Assembly: GCF_000012905.2 (NCBI RefSeq)
Contig: NC_007493.2
Location: forward strand, 900,001-932,000
Length of the DNA: 32,000 nucleotides
Reading direction: 5' to 3'
DNA from: Cereibacter sphaeroides 2.4.1
Lineage (GTDB): Bacteria > Pseudomonadota > Alphaproteobacteria > Rhodobacterales > Rhodobacteraceae
This document shows, piece after piece, positions 1 through 7,668 of this stretch. Positions within the stretch are counted from its first letter, which is position 1; each line of letters opens with the position of its first letter. Position numbers and translations under genes: made by a program. A model generated the notes under the pieces. It made no database searches and was not told the DNA's origin. It saw only the letters and a list, made by a program, of their open reading frames with translations.

Positions 1-360
1 GGCCCCCTCCTCCGGGATCGGTCGGGCGAGGGGAGGATTCTTGGCGATCCCGCCCTTCGCCCGAGGAGCCTCGCCTGCAATGGTTGCGCGACTTTTTCGC
101 AATCCTTGCGAATTGTAACAGGTCGAGAAGGTCGCGCCGTCCCCGCTCCCGCGGTCTTGTGGCCGCCTCCGCCCGGCGGTGCGCGCCTCCCAACGGCCGG
201 GCAGGCACCCTCCCGGCGGTTGCGGCTCTTCCGCCATCCCCCCGGGATCATGAGCTCTCAGCCTCTCAGCCTCTCAGTCCGGCAGAGCATCTGGTTTCGC
301 GATATCACCCGCGCACCCACGGACGGGCGCAATCGGCCGCCCGGGCCTGTCCGCGGCAGC

Positions 361-395
361 GCCGGTTGCGGGGGTTCGATGCCCCCGCAACCGGC
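361..395. other. Perfect 14-bp GC-rich hairpin with a 7-nt TTCGATG loop (T-loop-like), upstream of the kinase gene
   Basis: GCCGGTTGCGGGGG (361-374) and CCCCCGCAACCGGC (382-395) are exact reverse complements. No U-tract follows on either strand. Confidence 0.6.
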
Positions 396-538
396 ACCTC
401 CCTCCAGTCCCTCCAGTCAGCCGTTCCCGGCGCGGAGCTGGCCGCGCACGCGGCGGAAGTGACGCGGCGGCCGTCCGCGCGGATGCCCCTTCCGCGGGAC
501 GGGGGGCCGGTGCTAGCCAAGAGGTGGGAGGATGCGGG

Positions 539-2461
539 ATGCCGGAGAGAGACGAGCCGCTCGAGCCGCTCACGCGGGCGGGGCTGAACCTGATCCAGCA
601 GGCGCTGTCGATCTATGACAGCGACCTCAAGCTCGCGGTCTGGAACCGCCGCTTCCGCGAGATGTTCGACCTGCCCGAGCGGCTGGCCAGCTCCGGCGCG
701 GATTTCACCGAGACGATCCGCTATCTCGTCGAGCGCGGCGAATACGGCCCCGTCGAGGATGCCGACGAGGCGGTGCGCATCCGCGTCGCCGCCGCGCGCA
801 CCTTCCAGCCGCATTACATGGAGCGCGAGCGGCCCTCCGGGCGCTGGATCTCGGTCGAGGGCGCGCCGCTGCCGCAGGGCGGCTGGGTCACGGTCTATAC
901 CGACATCACCGAGATCAAGCTGCAGGAGAGCCTGCTGCGCGCCCGGTCCGAGGTTCTGTCGGGCGAGGTGCTGGCCCATGCCGAGCGGCTGGCGCAGGCC
1001 AACCGCGCGCTCGCCGCAACCAACGCCGCGCTGGAAGAGGCGCAGCGCGAGCTGACCGAGATGGAGGCGCGCACCCGCCTGACCACCGAGATGATGCCCG
1101 CCCACATCGCCCATGTCGGCCGCGATCTGCGCTATACCTATTCCAACCGTCGCCTGTCGCAGGTGATCCCCGGCCGGCCGTCCGACATTCTCGGCCTCAC
1201 CGGGCGCGAGGCTCTGGGCGAGGGGCTCTTCGCCCGCATCCGCCCGTGCCTGCTCCGCGCGCTCGAGGGCGAGGCCTCGGTGCTCGAATTCTCCGACGAG
1301 GACAGCGGCTCGCGCATCCGCGCGGCCTTCACCCCCGACCGCACCGGCGACGGGCCGATCAATGGCGTCTATATCCTGTCGATGGATGTCACCGCCGAGA
1401 CGCAGGCGCGCGAGGCGCTTATCCAGACCCGCAAGCGCGAGCTGACGGCGCAGCTCACCTCGGGGCTCGCCCATGATTTCGCCAACCTCTTGACCGTCAT
1501 CCTCGGGCTGCAGGGCCGGCTCGAGCGGATGGACCTGCCCGAGGAGGGCCGCCAGTTGGTCGCGGCCACCGTGGCCGCGGCGCGGCGCGGGGGCGGGCTT
1601 CTCGACCAGATCGCCTCGATCTCGGGCAAGCGGGCGCTGAAGCCCACCGCCACGGAGCTCGCGCGGTTCCTCGCCGACCTGCGGCTCATGGCAGGCCCGA
1701 CCCTGCCCGAGGGGGTGGCGCTCGAGATCGCCATGCCCGAGCCGATCCCGCCGGTGATGCTCGATGCGGGCGGGCTGCAGGATGCGGCGCTGAACCTCAT
1801 CCTGAATGCGCGCGATGCGATCGGGCCCGCGGGCGGCACCATCCGCCTGACGGCGCGCCCCGTGCGCGACGCCTGGATCGAGATCCTCGTCGAGGATGAC
1901 GGGCCGGGCTTCACCGAGGCGGCGCTCGAACGGGCGCTCGATCCGTTCTTCACCACCAAGGGCGGCATGGGTTCGGGGCTGGGCCTCTCGATGGTCTACG
2001 ACCAGATCAAGCTTGCAGGCGGCACCGTGCGCCTCGGCAACCGCCCCGGCGGCGGGGCGGCGGTTCAGCTCCGCCTGCCGCTGCGGCGGGCCGACGAGGC
2101 CGCGCCGCCGATGCTCGTGCTCCTCGTCGAGGACGATCCCGACATCCGCGAGACCGTGCGCGGGATGCTCCGCGCCGGGGGCCATAGCGTGATCGAGGCC
2201 GCCAGTGCCGACGAGGCGCTGACGCTCCTCGACCTGCCGGGGGTGGAGCTCGTCCTGTCGGACGTGAACCTGCCGGGCCGCCTCTCGGGGATCGATCTGG
2301 CCGAGGCGCTGGCCGGGCGGGCGGGGGCCGCGCGGCTCGTGCTCATGACCTCGCTGCCCGCAGGCGACGCGCGCCGGGCGCGCGCCGAGACGCTGGCGCC
2401 GGTTCTGGCCAAGCCCTTCGATGCGGCGGATCTCGCCGCCTGCCTCGGAGCCTCCGCATGA
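539..2461 (+). CDS. Hybrid sensor histidine kinase / response regulator (PAS-like sensor, HisKA, HATPase_c, C-terminal receiver)
   Basis: ORF 524..2461. The in-frame ATG at 539 is preceded by GGAGGA (526-531). H-box is LTSGLAHDFANLL. ATPase boxes are NLILNARDAI, DDGPGF and GMGSGLGLSMV. The receiver is LVLLVEDDP...LVLSDVNLPG...LAKPF. Confidence 0.85.
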   Translation: MPERDEPLEPLTRAGLNLIQQALSIYDSDLKLAVWNRRFREMFDLPERLASSGADFTETIRYLVERGEYGPVEDADEAVRIRVAAARTFQPHYMERERPSGRWISVEGAPLPQGGWVTVYTDITEIKLQESLLRARSEVLSGEVLAHAERLAQANRALAATNAALEEAQRELTEMEARTRLTTEMMPAHIAHVGRDLRYTYSNRRLSQVIPGRPSDILGLTGREALGEGLFARIRPCLLRALEGEASVLEFSDEDSGSRIRAAFTPDRTGDGPINGVYILSMDVTAETQAREALIQTRKRELTAQLTSGLAHDFANLLTVILGLQGRLERMDLPEEGRQLVAATVAAARRGGGLLDQIASISGKRALKPTATELARFLADLRLMAGPTLPEGVALEIAMPEPIPPVMLDAGGLQDAALNLILNARDAIGPAGGTIRLTARPVRDAWIEILVEDDGPGFTEAALERALDPFFTTKGGMGSGLGLSMVYDQIKLAGGTVRLGNRPGGGAAVQLRLPLRRADEAAPPMLVLLVEDDPDIRETVRGMLRAGGHSVIEAASADEALTLLDLPGVELVLSDVNLPGRLSGIDLAEALAGRAGAARLVLMTSLPAGDARRARAETLAPVLAKPFDAADLAACLGASA

Positions 2462-3165
2462 GCCGCGCGCCCCTCGTGGCCATCCTCGACGACGAGCCCG
2501 AGATCCGCCGGATGCTGGCCCTGGCCCTCGAGGAGGCTGGCTTCCAGACCACCGCCTTCGGCCGCGCGACCGAATTCGAGGCGGCGCTGAAGCGGCGCGC
2601 GCCCGATGTCTGCCTCGTCGATCTGGGCCTGCCCGACCGCGACGGGCTGGCCGTCGTCCACCGGCTCGCCCTCGAATCGGGGGCGGCCATCATCATCGTC
2701 TCGGGCCGCGCGCAGGTGCAGGACCGGGTGACGGGCCTCGAGCTCGGCGCCGACGACTACATCATCAAGCCCTTCGATCCGGCCGAGGTGGTGGCGCGGG
2801 TGCGCGCGCGGCTGAGAAAGGGACGCGCCGAGAGCGTTCCCGCCACCCAGACCGCGCATTTCTCCGGCTGGACCGCGCATTTCGACCGCTACCTCCTCGT
2901 GGCCGGAGACGGGGCGGAAGTCGCCTTCTCCCATGCCGAGGGCGAGGTGCTGCGGCTCTTTCTCGAAAGCCCGCGGCGACTGATCTCGCGGGCGCAGATG
3001 CAGGAGAGCCTCGGCGGCGCCGCGGGCGAGAGCTTCGACCGGGCTATGGATGTGCGGATCTCGCGCCTGCGCACGAAGCTCGGCGAGGACCCGCGCAACC
3101 CCACGCTCATCAAGACGATCTATGGCGCGGGCTACATCTTCTTGGGCGAGGTCGAGTGGCGCTGA
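2458..3165 (+). CDS. OmpR/PhoB-family response regulator (receiver plus winged-helix DNA-binding domain)
   Basis: ATGA start/stop overlap with the kinase. Receiver is VAILDDEPEIR...LVDLGLPDRDG...IIKPF. The Trans_reg_C-like C-terminus is MDVRISRLRTKLGEDP...IKTIYGAGYIF. Confidence 0.9.
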   Translation: MSRAPLVAILDDEPEIRRMLALALEEAGFQTTAFGRATEFEAALKRRAPDVCLVDLGLPDRDGLAVVHRLALESGAAIIIVSGRAQVQDRVTGLELGADDYIIKPFDPAEVVARVRARLRKGRAESVPATQTAHFSGWTAHFDRYLLVAGDGAEVAFSHAEGEVLRLFLESPRRLISRAQMQESLGGAAGESFDRAMDVRISRLRTKLGEDPRNPTLIKTIYGAGYIFLGEVEWR

Positions 3166-3175
3166 GCCGGCCGCC

Positions 3176-4354
3176 TCAGAAGAAGGCCGCGCCCAGCCCC
3201 GCGCCCGCCAGCACGATCCAGAGCGGCGGCGTGCGCCACTGGGTGAGCAGCACGAAGCCCGCGAGCGCCATGGCGAAGGGCAGGGGGCCCGTCACGCCCG
3301 CGGTGAAGACCGGCTCCCAGAGCGCGGCGCCGAGGAGGCCCACCACCGCGGCATTGGCGCCCCGCATCGCCCTCTGCGCGTGGGGCATCCGGCGCAGCCG
3401 GTCCCAGAAGGGCAGCGCCCCGCAGAGAAGGAGGAGGCCCGGCGCGAAGATCGCGACCAGCGCCACCGCCGCGCCGACGGGGCCCGCCGCCACCGCCCCA
3501 AGATGGGCCGCGAAGGTGAAGAGGGGCCCCGGCATCGCCTGCGCCGCCCCGTAGCCCGCGAGGAAAGCATCCGGCGTGACAAGACCCGCCCGGACCGTCT
3601 CGGCCTCGAGCAGCGGCAGAACGACATGGCCGCCGCCGAAGACCAGCGCCCCCGCCCGCGCCATGCCGTCGGCCAGCGCAAGGAGGGGCGAGAGCCCGGA
3701 CAGAAGCGGCAGGATGGCAAGGAGCATCGCGCAGGCGGCAAGGCAGGCGATCCCCGCGCGTCGGGAGAGGAGTGGCGGCCCTGCTCCGCCGTCCGTCGCC
3801 GCGGGGGCCGTGTCGCGGGCGATCCAGAGGCCCGCAAGCGCCCCGAGGAGGATCGCGCCGATCTGGCCCGGGGCCTCGGGCACCAGCACGGCGAGGGCGG
3901 CCGCCGCCGCGGCAAGGCTTGCCCGCTCCCGGTCGGGACAGAGGCTCGCCGCCATCCCCCAGACGGCCTGCGCCACGATGGCCACCGCCACCACCTTCAG
4001 CCCTGCGAGCGCGCCCAGCGCTGCGGGATGGGCGATCTGGCCCGCCGCAAGCCCGAAGGCCGCCATGAGGAGGGCCGAGGGCAGGGTGAACCCCGCCCAG
4101 GCCGCCAGCGCGCCGCTAGGCCCGGCGCGGTGCAGGCCCATGGCGAAGCCCACCTGACTCGAGGCCGGCCCCGGCAGGAACTGGCAGAGGGCGACGAGAT
4201 CGGCATAGGCGCGGTCGTCCATCCAGCGCCGTCGCTCCACCAGCTCGGCCCGGAAATAGCCCAGATGCGCCACCGGTCCCCCGAACGAGGTCAGCCCGAG
4301 CCTGAGAAAGGCCAGGAAGACCTCGGCCGCCCGGCCGCCTTTGTCGCTGTGCAT
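3176..4354 (-). CDS. chrA: Chromate ion transporter, CHR family (ChrA)
   Basis: FLAFLRLGLTSFGGPVAHLGYFR...LCQFLPGPASSQ plus a second repeat half ...GGGHVVLPLL...GPLFTFAAHLG. The ATG at 4354 is preceded by GGAG with a 6-nt spacer. The longer ORF to 4750 runs through the hexamer repeat and the rpsD promoter and is not credible. Confidence 0.85.
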   Translation of the reverse strand: MHSDKGGRAAEVFLAFLRLGLTSFGGPVAHLGYFRAELVERRRWMDDRAYADLVALCQFLPGPASSQVGFAMGLHRAGPSGALAAWAGFTLPSALLMAAFGLAAGQIAHPAALGALAGLKVVAVAIVAQAVWGMAASLCPDRERASLAAAAAALAVLVPEAPGQIGAILLGALAGLWIARDTAPAATDGGAGPPLLSRRAGIACLAACAMLLAILPLLSGLSPLLALADGMARAGALVFGGGHVVLPLLEAETVRAGLVTPDAFLAGYGAAQAMPGPLFTFAAHLGAVAAGPVGAAVALVAIFAPGLLLLCGALPFWDRLRRMPHAQRAMRGANAAVVGLLGAALWEPVFTAGVTGPLPFAMALAGFVLLTQWRTPPLWIVLAGAGLGAAFF

Positions 4355-4403
4355 GAGCGGCTCCGCTTGACGGCAGGGAAGGTGCGCGCATCCTGCCTCG
4401 CCC

Positions 4404-4525
4404 GCAAGGGCAAGGGCAAGGGCAAGGGCAAGGGCAAGGGCAAGGGCAAGGGCAAGGGCAAGGGCAAGGGCAAGGGCAAGGGCAAGGGCAAGGGCAAGGG
4501 CAAGGGCAAGGGCAAGGGCAAGGGC
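4404..4525. repeat. Perfect hexanucleotide microsatellite (GCAAGG)x20
   Basis: Counted directly: units start at 4404 and recur every 6 nt to 4523, followed by a partial GC. It lies 50 nt upstream of the chrA start and about 105 nt upstream of the rpsD -35 box. It is open in all six frames: (GK)n, (AR)n, (QG)n, (AL)n, (PC)n, (LP)n. Confidence 0.97.
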
Positions 4526-4629
4526 GGATGGAGCGTGAGACCGTGGACGATGCACGGGCGACAGGCACCCGGCGGGCAAGGGGATCGAACCGCCCGGAGA
4601 TCGGTGGCGAGGGCGCGGTGCGGGGGCTG

Positions 4630-4657
4630 TTGACACCCGGTCCGGGGCTTGTATAAG
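4630..4657 (+). promoter_or_regulatory. Near-consensus sigma70-type promoter for rpsD (TTGACA-N16-TATAAG)
   Basis: TTGACA at 4630-4635 and TATAAG at 4652-4657 with a 16-nt spacer. The predicted TSS is near 4664, giving a leader of about 115 nt. Confidence 0.55.
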
Positions 4658-4664
4658 CGCGCAT

Positions 4665-4689
4665 CCCCGGGCAATCGGCCCGGGGTTTT
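4665..4689 (+). promoter_or_regulatory. Terminator-like hairpin at the 5' end of the rpsD leader
   Basis: CCCCGGGC (4665-4672), loop AATCG, GCCCGGGG (4678-4685), then TTTT (4686-4689). It begins at about +1 of the predicted transcript. Confidence 0.4.
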
Positions 4690-4778
4690 CATTGGTGTTG
4701 GTGGCCCCCGCGAGGGGATGACCTGTCGCCCGGTCTCCGGGAAAGGACAACGCCCTTCACAATCGAAGGAGATCAGCG

Positions 4779-5399
4779 GTGACCAAGCGCACCTCTGCCA
4801 AATACAAGATCGACCGCCGTATGGGCGAGAACATCTGGGGCCGTCCGAAGTCCCCGGTGAACAAGCGCGAATACGGCCCCGGCCAGCACGGCCAGCGCCG
4901 CAAGAACAAGCTCTCGGACTTCGGCACGCAGCTGCGCGCCAAGCAGAAGCTGAAGGGCTACTACGGCGACCTGACCGAGAAGCAGTTCCGCAAGATCTTC
5001 GCGGAAGCCGAGCGCGTCAAGGGCGACACCGGCGAAATGCTCGTGGGCCTGCTCGAGCGCCGTCTCGATGCGATCGTCTACCGCGCCAAGTTCGTGCCGA
5101 CCATCTTCGCCGCCCGCCAGTTCGTGAACCACGGCCACGTGACCGTGAACGGCCAGCGCGTGAACATCGGCTCCTACCGCTGCAAGGAAGGCGACGTGAT
5201 CCAGGTCCGCGAGAAATCGCGCCAGCTGGCCCTCGTGCTCGAGGCCACGCAACTCGCCGAGCGTGACGTGCCGGACTACATCGAAGTCGACTATTCCAAG
5301 ATGACGGCCACCTTCGTCCGCACCCCGGGTCTGGGCGACGTGCCCTATCCGGTTCAGATGGAACCGAACCTCGTGGTCGAATTCTACGCGAAGAACTGA
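4779..5399 (+). CDS. rpsD: 30S ribosomal protein S4
   Basis: GTG start with GAAGGAG 8 nt upstream. [42 protein letters not shown]... is a typical S4 N-terminus, followed by an S4 RNA-binding domain. Confidence 0.97.
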   Translation: MTKRTSAKYKIDRRMGENIWGRPKSPVNKREYGPGQHGQRRKNKLSDFGTQLRAKQKLKGYYGDLTEKQFRKIFAEAERVKGDTGEMLVGLLERRLDAIVYRAKFVPTIFAARQFVNHGHVTVNGQRVNIGSYRCKEGDVIQVREKSRQLALVLEATQLAERDVPDYIEVDYSKMTATFVRTPGLGDVPYPVQMEPNLVVEFYAKN

Positions 5400-5473
5400 G
5401 GCGAGGGGCGCATCGCCGCCCCGTCCCCGGGCGCGGGCGCGTCTTTCCGGACTGCGCCACCGCCCAACCTTCC

Positions 5474-5503
5474 GCCGCCCCGCCTTGTGGGGCGGCTTTT
5501 TTT
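5474..5503 (+). terminator. Rho-independent terminator of rpsD
   Basis: GCCGCCCC (5474-5481), loop GCCTTGT, GGGGCGGC (5489-5496), then T7 (5497-5503). Confidence 0.8.
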
Positions 5504-5642
5504 GTCCGCCATATGCAGGGATGTCCTCCAGACCTTGTGGCCTGAGGGCAGCATTGCCTCTAGGACCGCCCGTTCCCGTTGAGTTCGCACTGGCCTCGCC
5601 GCCCCGCCGCGGATAGAACCCGCTGGCAGAGGAAGGTGACCC

Positions 5643-6728
5643 ATGAGTGACGCCATACGCCCCCAGCCCGGGATTCTCGACATTGCCCTCTACGAGGGCG
5701 GCAAGAGCCATGTGGCGGGCATCCAGAACGCGCTGAAGCTGTCGTCGAACGAGAACCCGTTCGGCCCCTCGCCCAAGGCGAAGGAGGCATTCCTGCGCTC
5801 GGTCCATACGCTGCACCGCTATCCCTCGACCGACCATGCGGGCCTGCGCCATGCCATCGCCGAGGTGCACGGGCTCGATCCCGCCCGCGTGATCTGCGGC
5901 GTGGGCTCGGACGAGATCATCACCTTCCTGTGCCAGGCCTATGCCGGGCCGCACACGGATGTGGTCTTCACCGAGCACGGCTTCCTCATGTACCGGATCT
6001 CGGCCCTGGCGGTCGGGGCCAATCCGGTCGAGGTGCCCGAGCGCGAGCGCACGACCGACGTGGATGCGATCCTCGCCGCCTGCACGCCGCACACGCGGCT
6101 GGTGTTCCTCGCCAACCCCAACAACCCGACGGGCACCATGATCGGGCAGGCCGATCTCGCGCGGTTGGCCGCGGGGCTGCCGGCGCAGGCGATCCTCGTG
6201 CTCGACGGGGCCTATGCCGAATATGTGCCGGGCTATGACGCGGGCCTCGCCCTGATCGAGGAGCGCGGCAACGTCGTCATGACGCGGACCTTCTCGAAGA
6301 TCTACGGGCTGGGCGGGCTGCGCGTGGGCTGGGGTTACGGGCCGAAAGCCATCATCGACGTGCTGAACCGGATCCGGGGGCCCTTCAACCTCTCGACCAC
6401 ACAGCTCGAGACCGCCGAGGCCGCGGTGCGCGATCAGGACCATGTCGCCCGCTGCCGCGCCGACAATGCGCGCTGGCGCATCTGGCTGGCCGAGGCGCTG
6501 GCGGAAATCGGCGTGCCGTCCGATACATCGATGGCGAACTTCATCCTCGCCCGTTTCTCGGATACCGAGGAGGCCGAGGCCTGCGACCTCCATCTGCAGA
6601 CGCAGGGGCTGATCGTGCGCCGCGTTGCGGGCTACAAGCTGCCGCACTGCCTGCGCATCACCATCGGCGACGAGGCCTCGTGCCGCCGCGTCGCCCATGC
6701 GATCGGCCAGTTCAAGAGGATGCGCTGA
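5643..6728 (+). CDS. hisC: Histidinol-phosphate aminotransferase family (class II aminotransferase)
   Basis: [24 protein letters not shown] motif, NPNNPTG, and [16 protein letters not shown] containing the PLP lysine context. Confidence 0.92.
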   Translation: MSDAIRPQPGILDIALYEGGKSHVAGIQNALKLSSNENPFGPSPKAKEAFLRSVHTLHRYPSTDHAGLRHAIAEVHGLDPARVICGVGSDEIITFLCQAYAGPHTDVVFTEHGFLMYRISALAVGANPVEVPERERTTDVDAILAACTPHTRLVFLANPNNPTGTMIGQADLARLAAGLPAQAILVLDGAYAEYVPGYDAGLALIEERGNVVMTRTFSKIYGLGGLRVGWGYGPKAIIDVLNRIRGPFNLSTTQLETAEAAVRDQDHVARCRADNARWRIWLAEALAEIGVPSDTSMANFILARFSDTEEAEACDLHLQTQGLIVRRVAGYKLPHCLRITIGDEASCRRVAHAIGQFKRMR

Positions 6729-7663
6729 TGGCCCTCTACGAACGCGTTGCGCTGATCGGCCTCGGGCTCATCGCCTCGTCGATGGCCCATGCGATCCGCG
6801 CCGCGGGCCTTGCGACCGAGATCACGGGCCATGCCCGCAGCGCCGAGACGCGGGCGGCGGCGGTCGAGATCGGGCTCTGCGACCGGGTGTTCGAGACTGC
6901 GGCCGAGGCCGTGGCGGGCGCGGATCTGGTGGTCCTGGCCGTGCCGGTGGGGGCGATGGGCGCCATCGCCGCCGAGATCGCACCGCATCTGGCCCCCGGC
7001 GCGACCGTGACCGACGTGGGCTCGGTCAAGCAGGCCGTCATCACGGCGGTGGCGCCGCATGTCCCCGAAGGCGTGCATTTCGTTCCCGGCCACCCGCTTG
7101 CGGGCACCGAACATTCCGGTCCCCGCTCGGGCTTCGCCACGCTCTTCCGCAATCGCTGGTGGCTGCTCACGCCGCCCGAAGGCGCGGATCCCGAGGCCGT
7201 CGCGCGGCTCCGCGCGCTCTGCGAGGGGATGGGCGCCAATGTCGAGGAGATGGATGCCGCCCACCACGACCTCGTGCTGGCGGTGACGAGCCACACGCCG
7301 CACCTGATCGCCTACACGATGGTGGGGGTCGCCGATCATCTCCGCCGCGTCACCCAGTCGGAAATAATCCGCTACTCGGCGGCGGGTTTCCGCGACTTTA
7401 CGCGCATCGCGGCCTCGGACCCCACCATGTGGAGAGATGTCTTCTTGACAAACAAGGAGGCGACGCTGGACATTCTCGGGCGTTTCACCGAAGAGCTTTT
7501 CGCGCTGCAAAGGGCCATTCGACTGGGTGATGGGGATCACCTGTTCGAATATTTCACGCGCACGCGCGCGATCCGCCGCGGGATCATCGAGGCGGGTCAG
7601 GACACGGCAGCACCGGACTTCGGCCGCGCGGCCGAGGCCGGCAAGGGCACAGAAAAGGGCTAG
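6728..7663 (+). CDS. tyrC: Prephenate/arogenate (cyclohexadienyl) dehydrogenase
   Basis: TGATG overlap with hisC. Rossmann motif is VALIGLGLIASSMA. GHPLAGTEHSGP and HHDLVLAVTSHTPHLIA are typical of the PDH family. The upstream extension to 6680 overlaps hisC. Confidence 0.88.
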   Translation: MALYERVALIGLGLIASSMAHAIRAAGLATEITGHARSAETRAAAVEIGLCDRVFETAAEAVAGADLVVLAVPVGAMGAIAAEIAPHLAPGATVTDVGSVKQAVITAVAPHVPEGVHFVPGHPLAGTEHSGPRSGFATLFRNRWWLLTPPEGADPEAVARLRALCEGMGANVEEMDAAHHDLVLAVTSHTPHLIAYTMVGVADHLRRVTQSEIIRYSAAGFRDFTRIAASDPTMWRDVFLTNKEATLDILGRFTEELFALQRAIRLGDGDHLFEYFTRTRAIRRGIIEAGQDTAAPDFGRAAEAGKGTEKG

Positions 7664-7668
7664 ACACG

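Noticed and set aside
84-111. FNR/NnrR-type operator suggested by TTGCG...CGCAA (84-102) and the palindrome TCGCAA-TCC-TTGCGA (97-111).
   Set aside because: The half-site spacing (9 nt, or inverted orientation with 3 nt) does not fit the TTG-N8-CAA geometry of CRP/FNR-family sites. It is kept only as an unexplained palindrome.
84-587. ORFs 84..587(+), 106..462(+) and 274..573(-) upstream of the kinase.
   Set aside because: Their products are Arg/Pro/Ser-rich and low-complexity, with no RBS, and they overlap the hairpin and tandem-repeat region. They are most likely non-coding.
305-2185. Long antisense ORFs in the track: 305..2185(-), 4773..6698(-), 10168..12990(-), 14960..17092(+), 18969..21677(-), 21858..23951(-), 24173..25441(+), 25474..26682(+), 28617..30656(+), and many 60-200 aa ORFs.
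   Set aside because: Each lies opposite or out of frame to a gene with clear family motifs. Their translations are R/G/A/P-rich low-complexity strings typical of shadow ORFs in high-GC DNA, with no recognisable domains or RBS.
4404-4525. Possible CRISPR array.
   Set aside because: It consists of contiguous 6-nt units with no spacers and no cas genes, so it is a microsatellite.
4355-4750. N-terminal extension of chrA through the microsatellite, giving an (Ala-Leu)20 segment; also the plus-strand ORF 3050..4633 with (Gly-Lys)20.
   Set aside because: The extension would start inside the rpsD leader/promoter and has no RBS. ChrA family similarity begins just after the GGAG-supported ATG at 4354. 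The plus-strand ORF is antisense to chrA. The repeat is open in all six frames, so ORF finders read through it.
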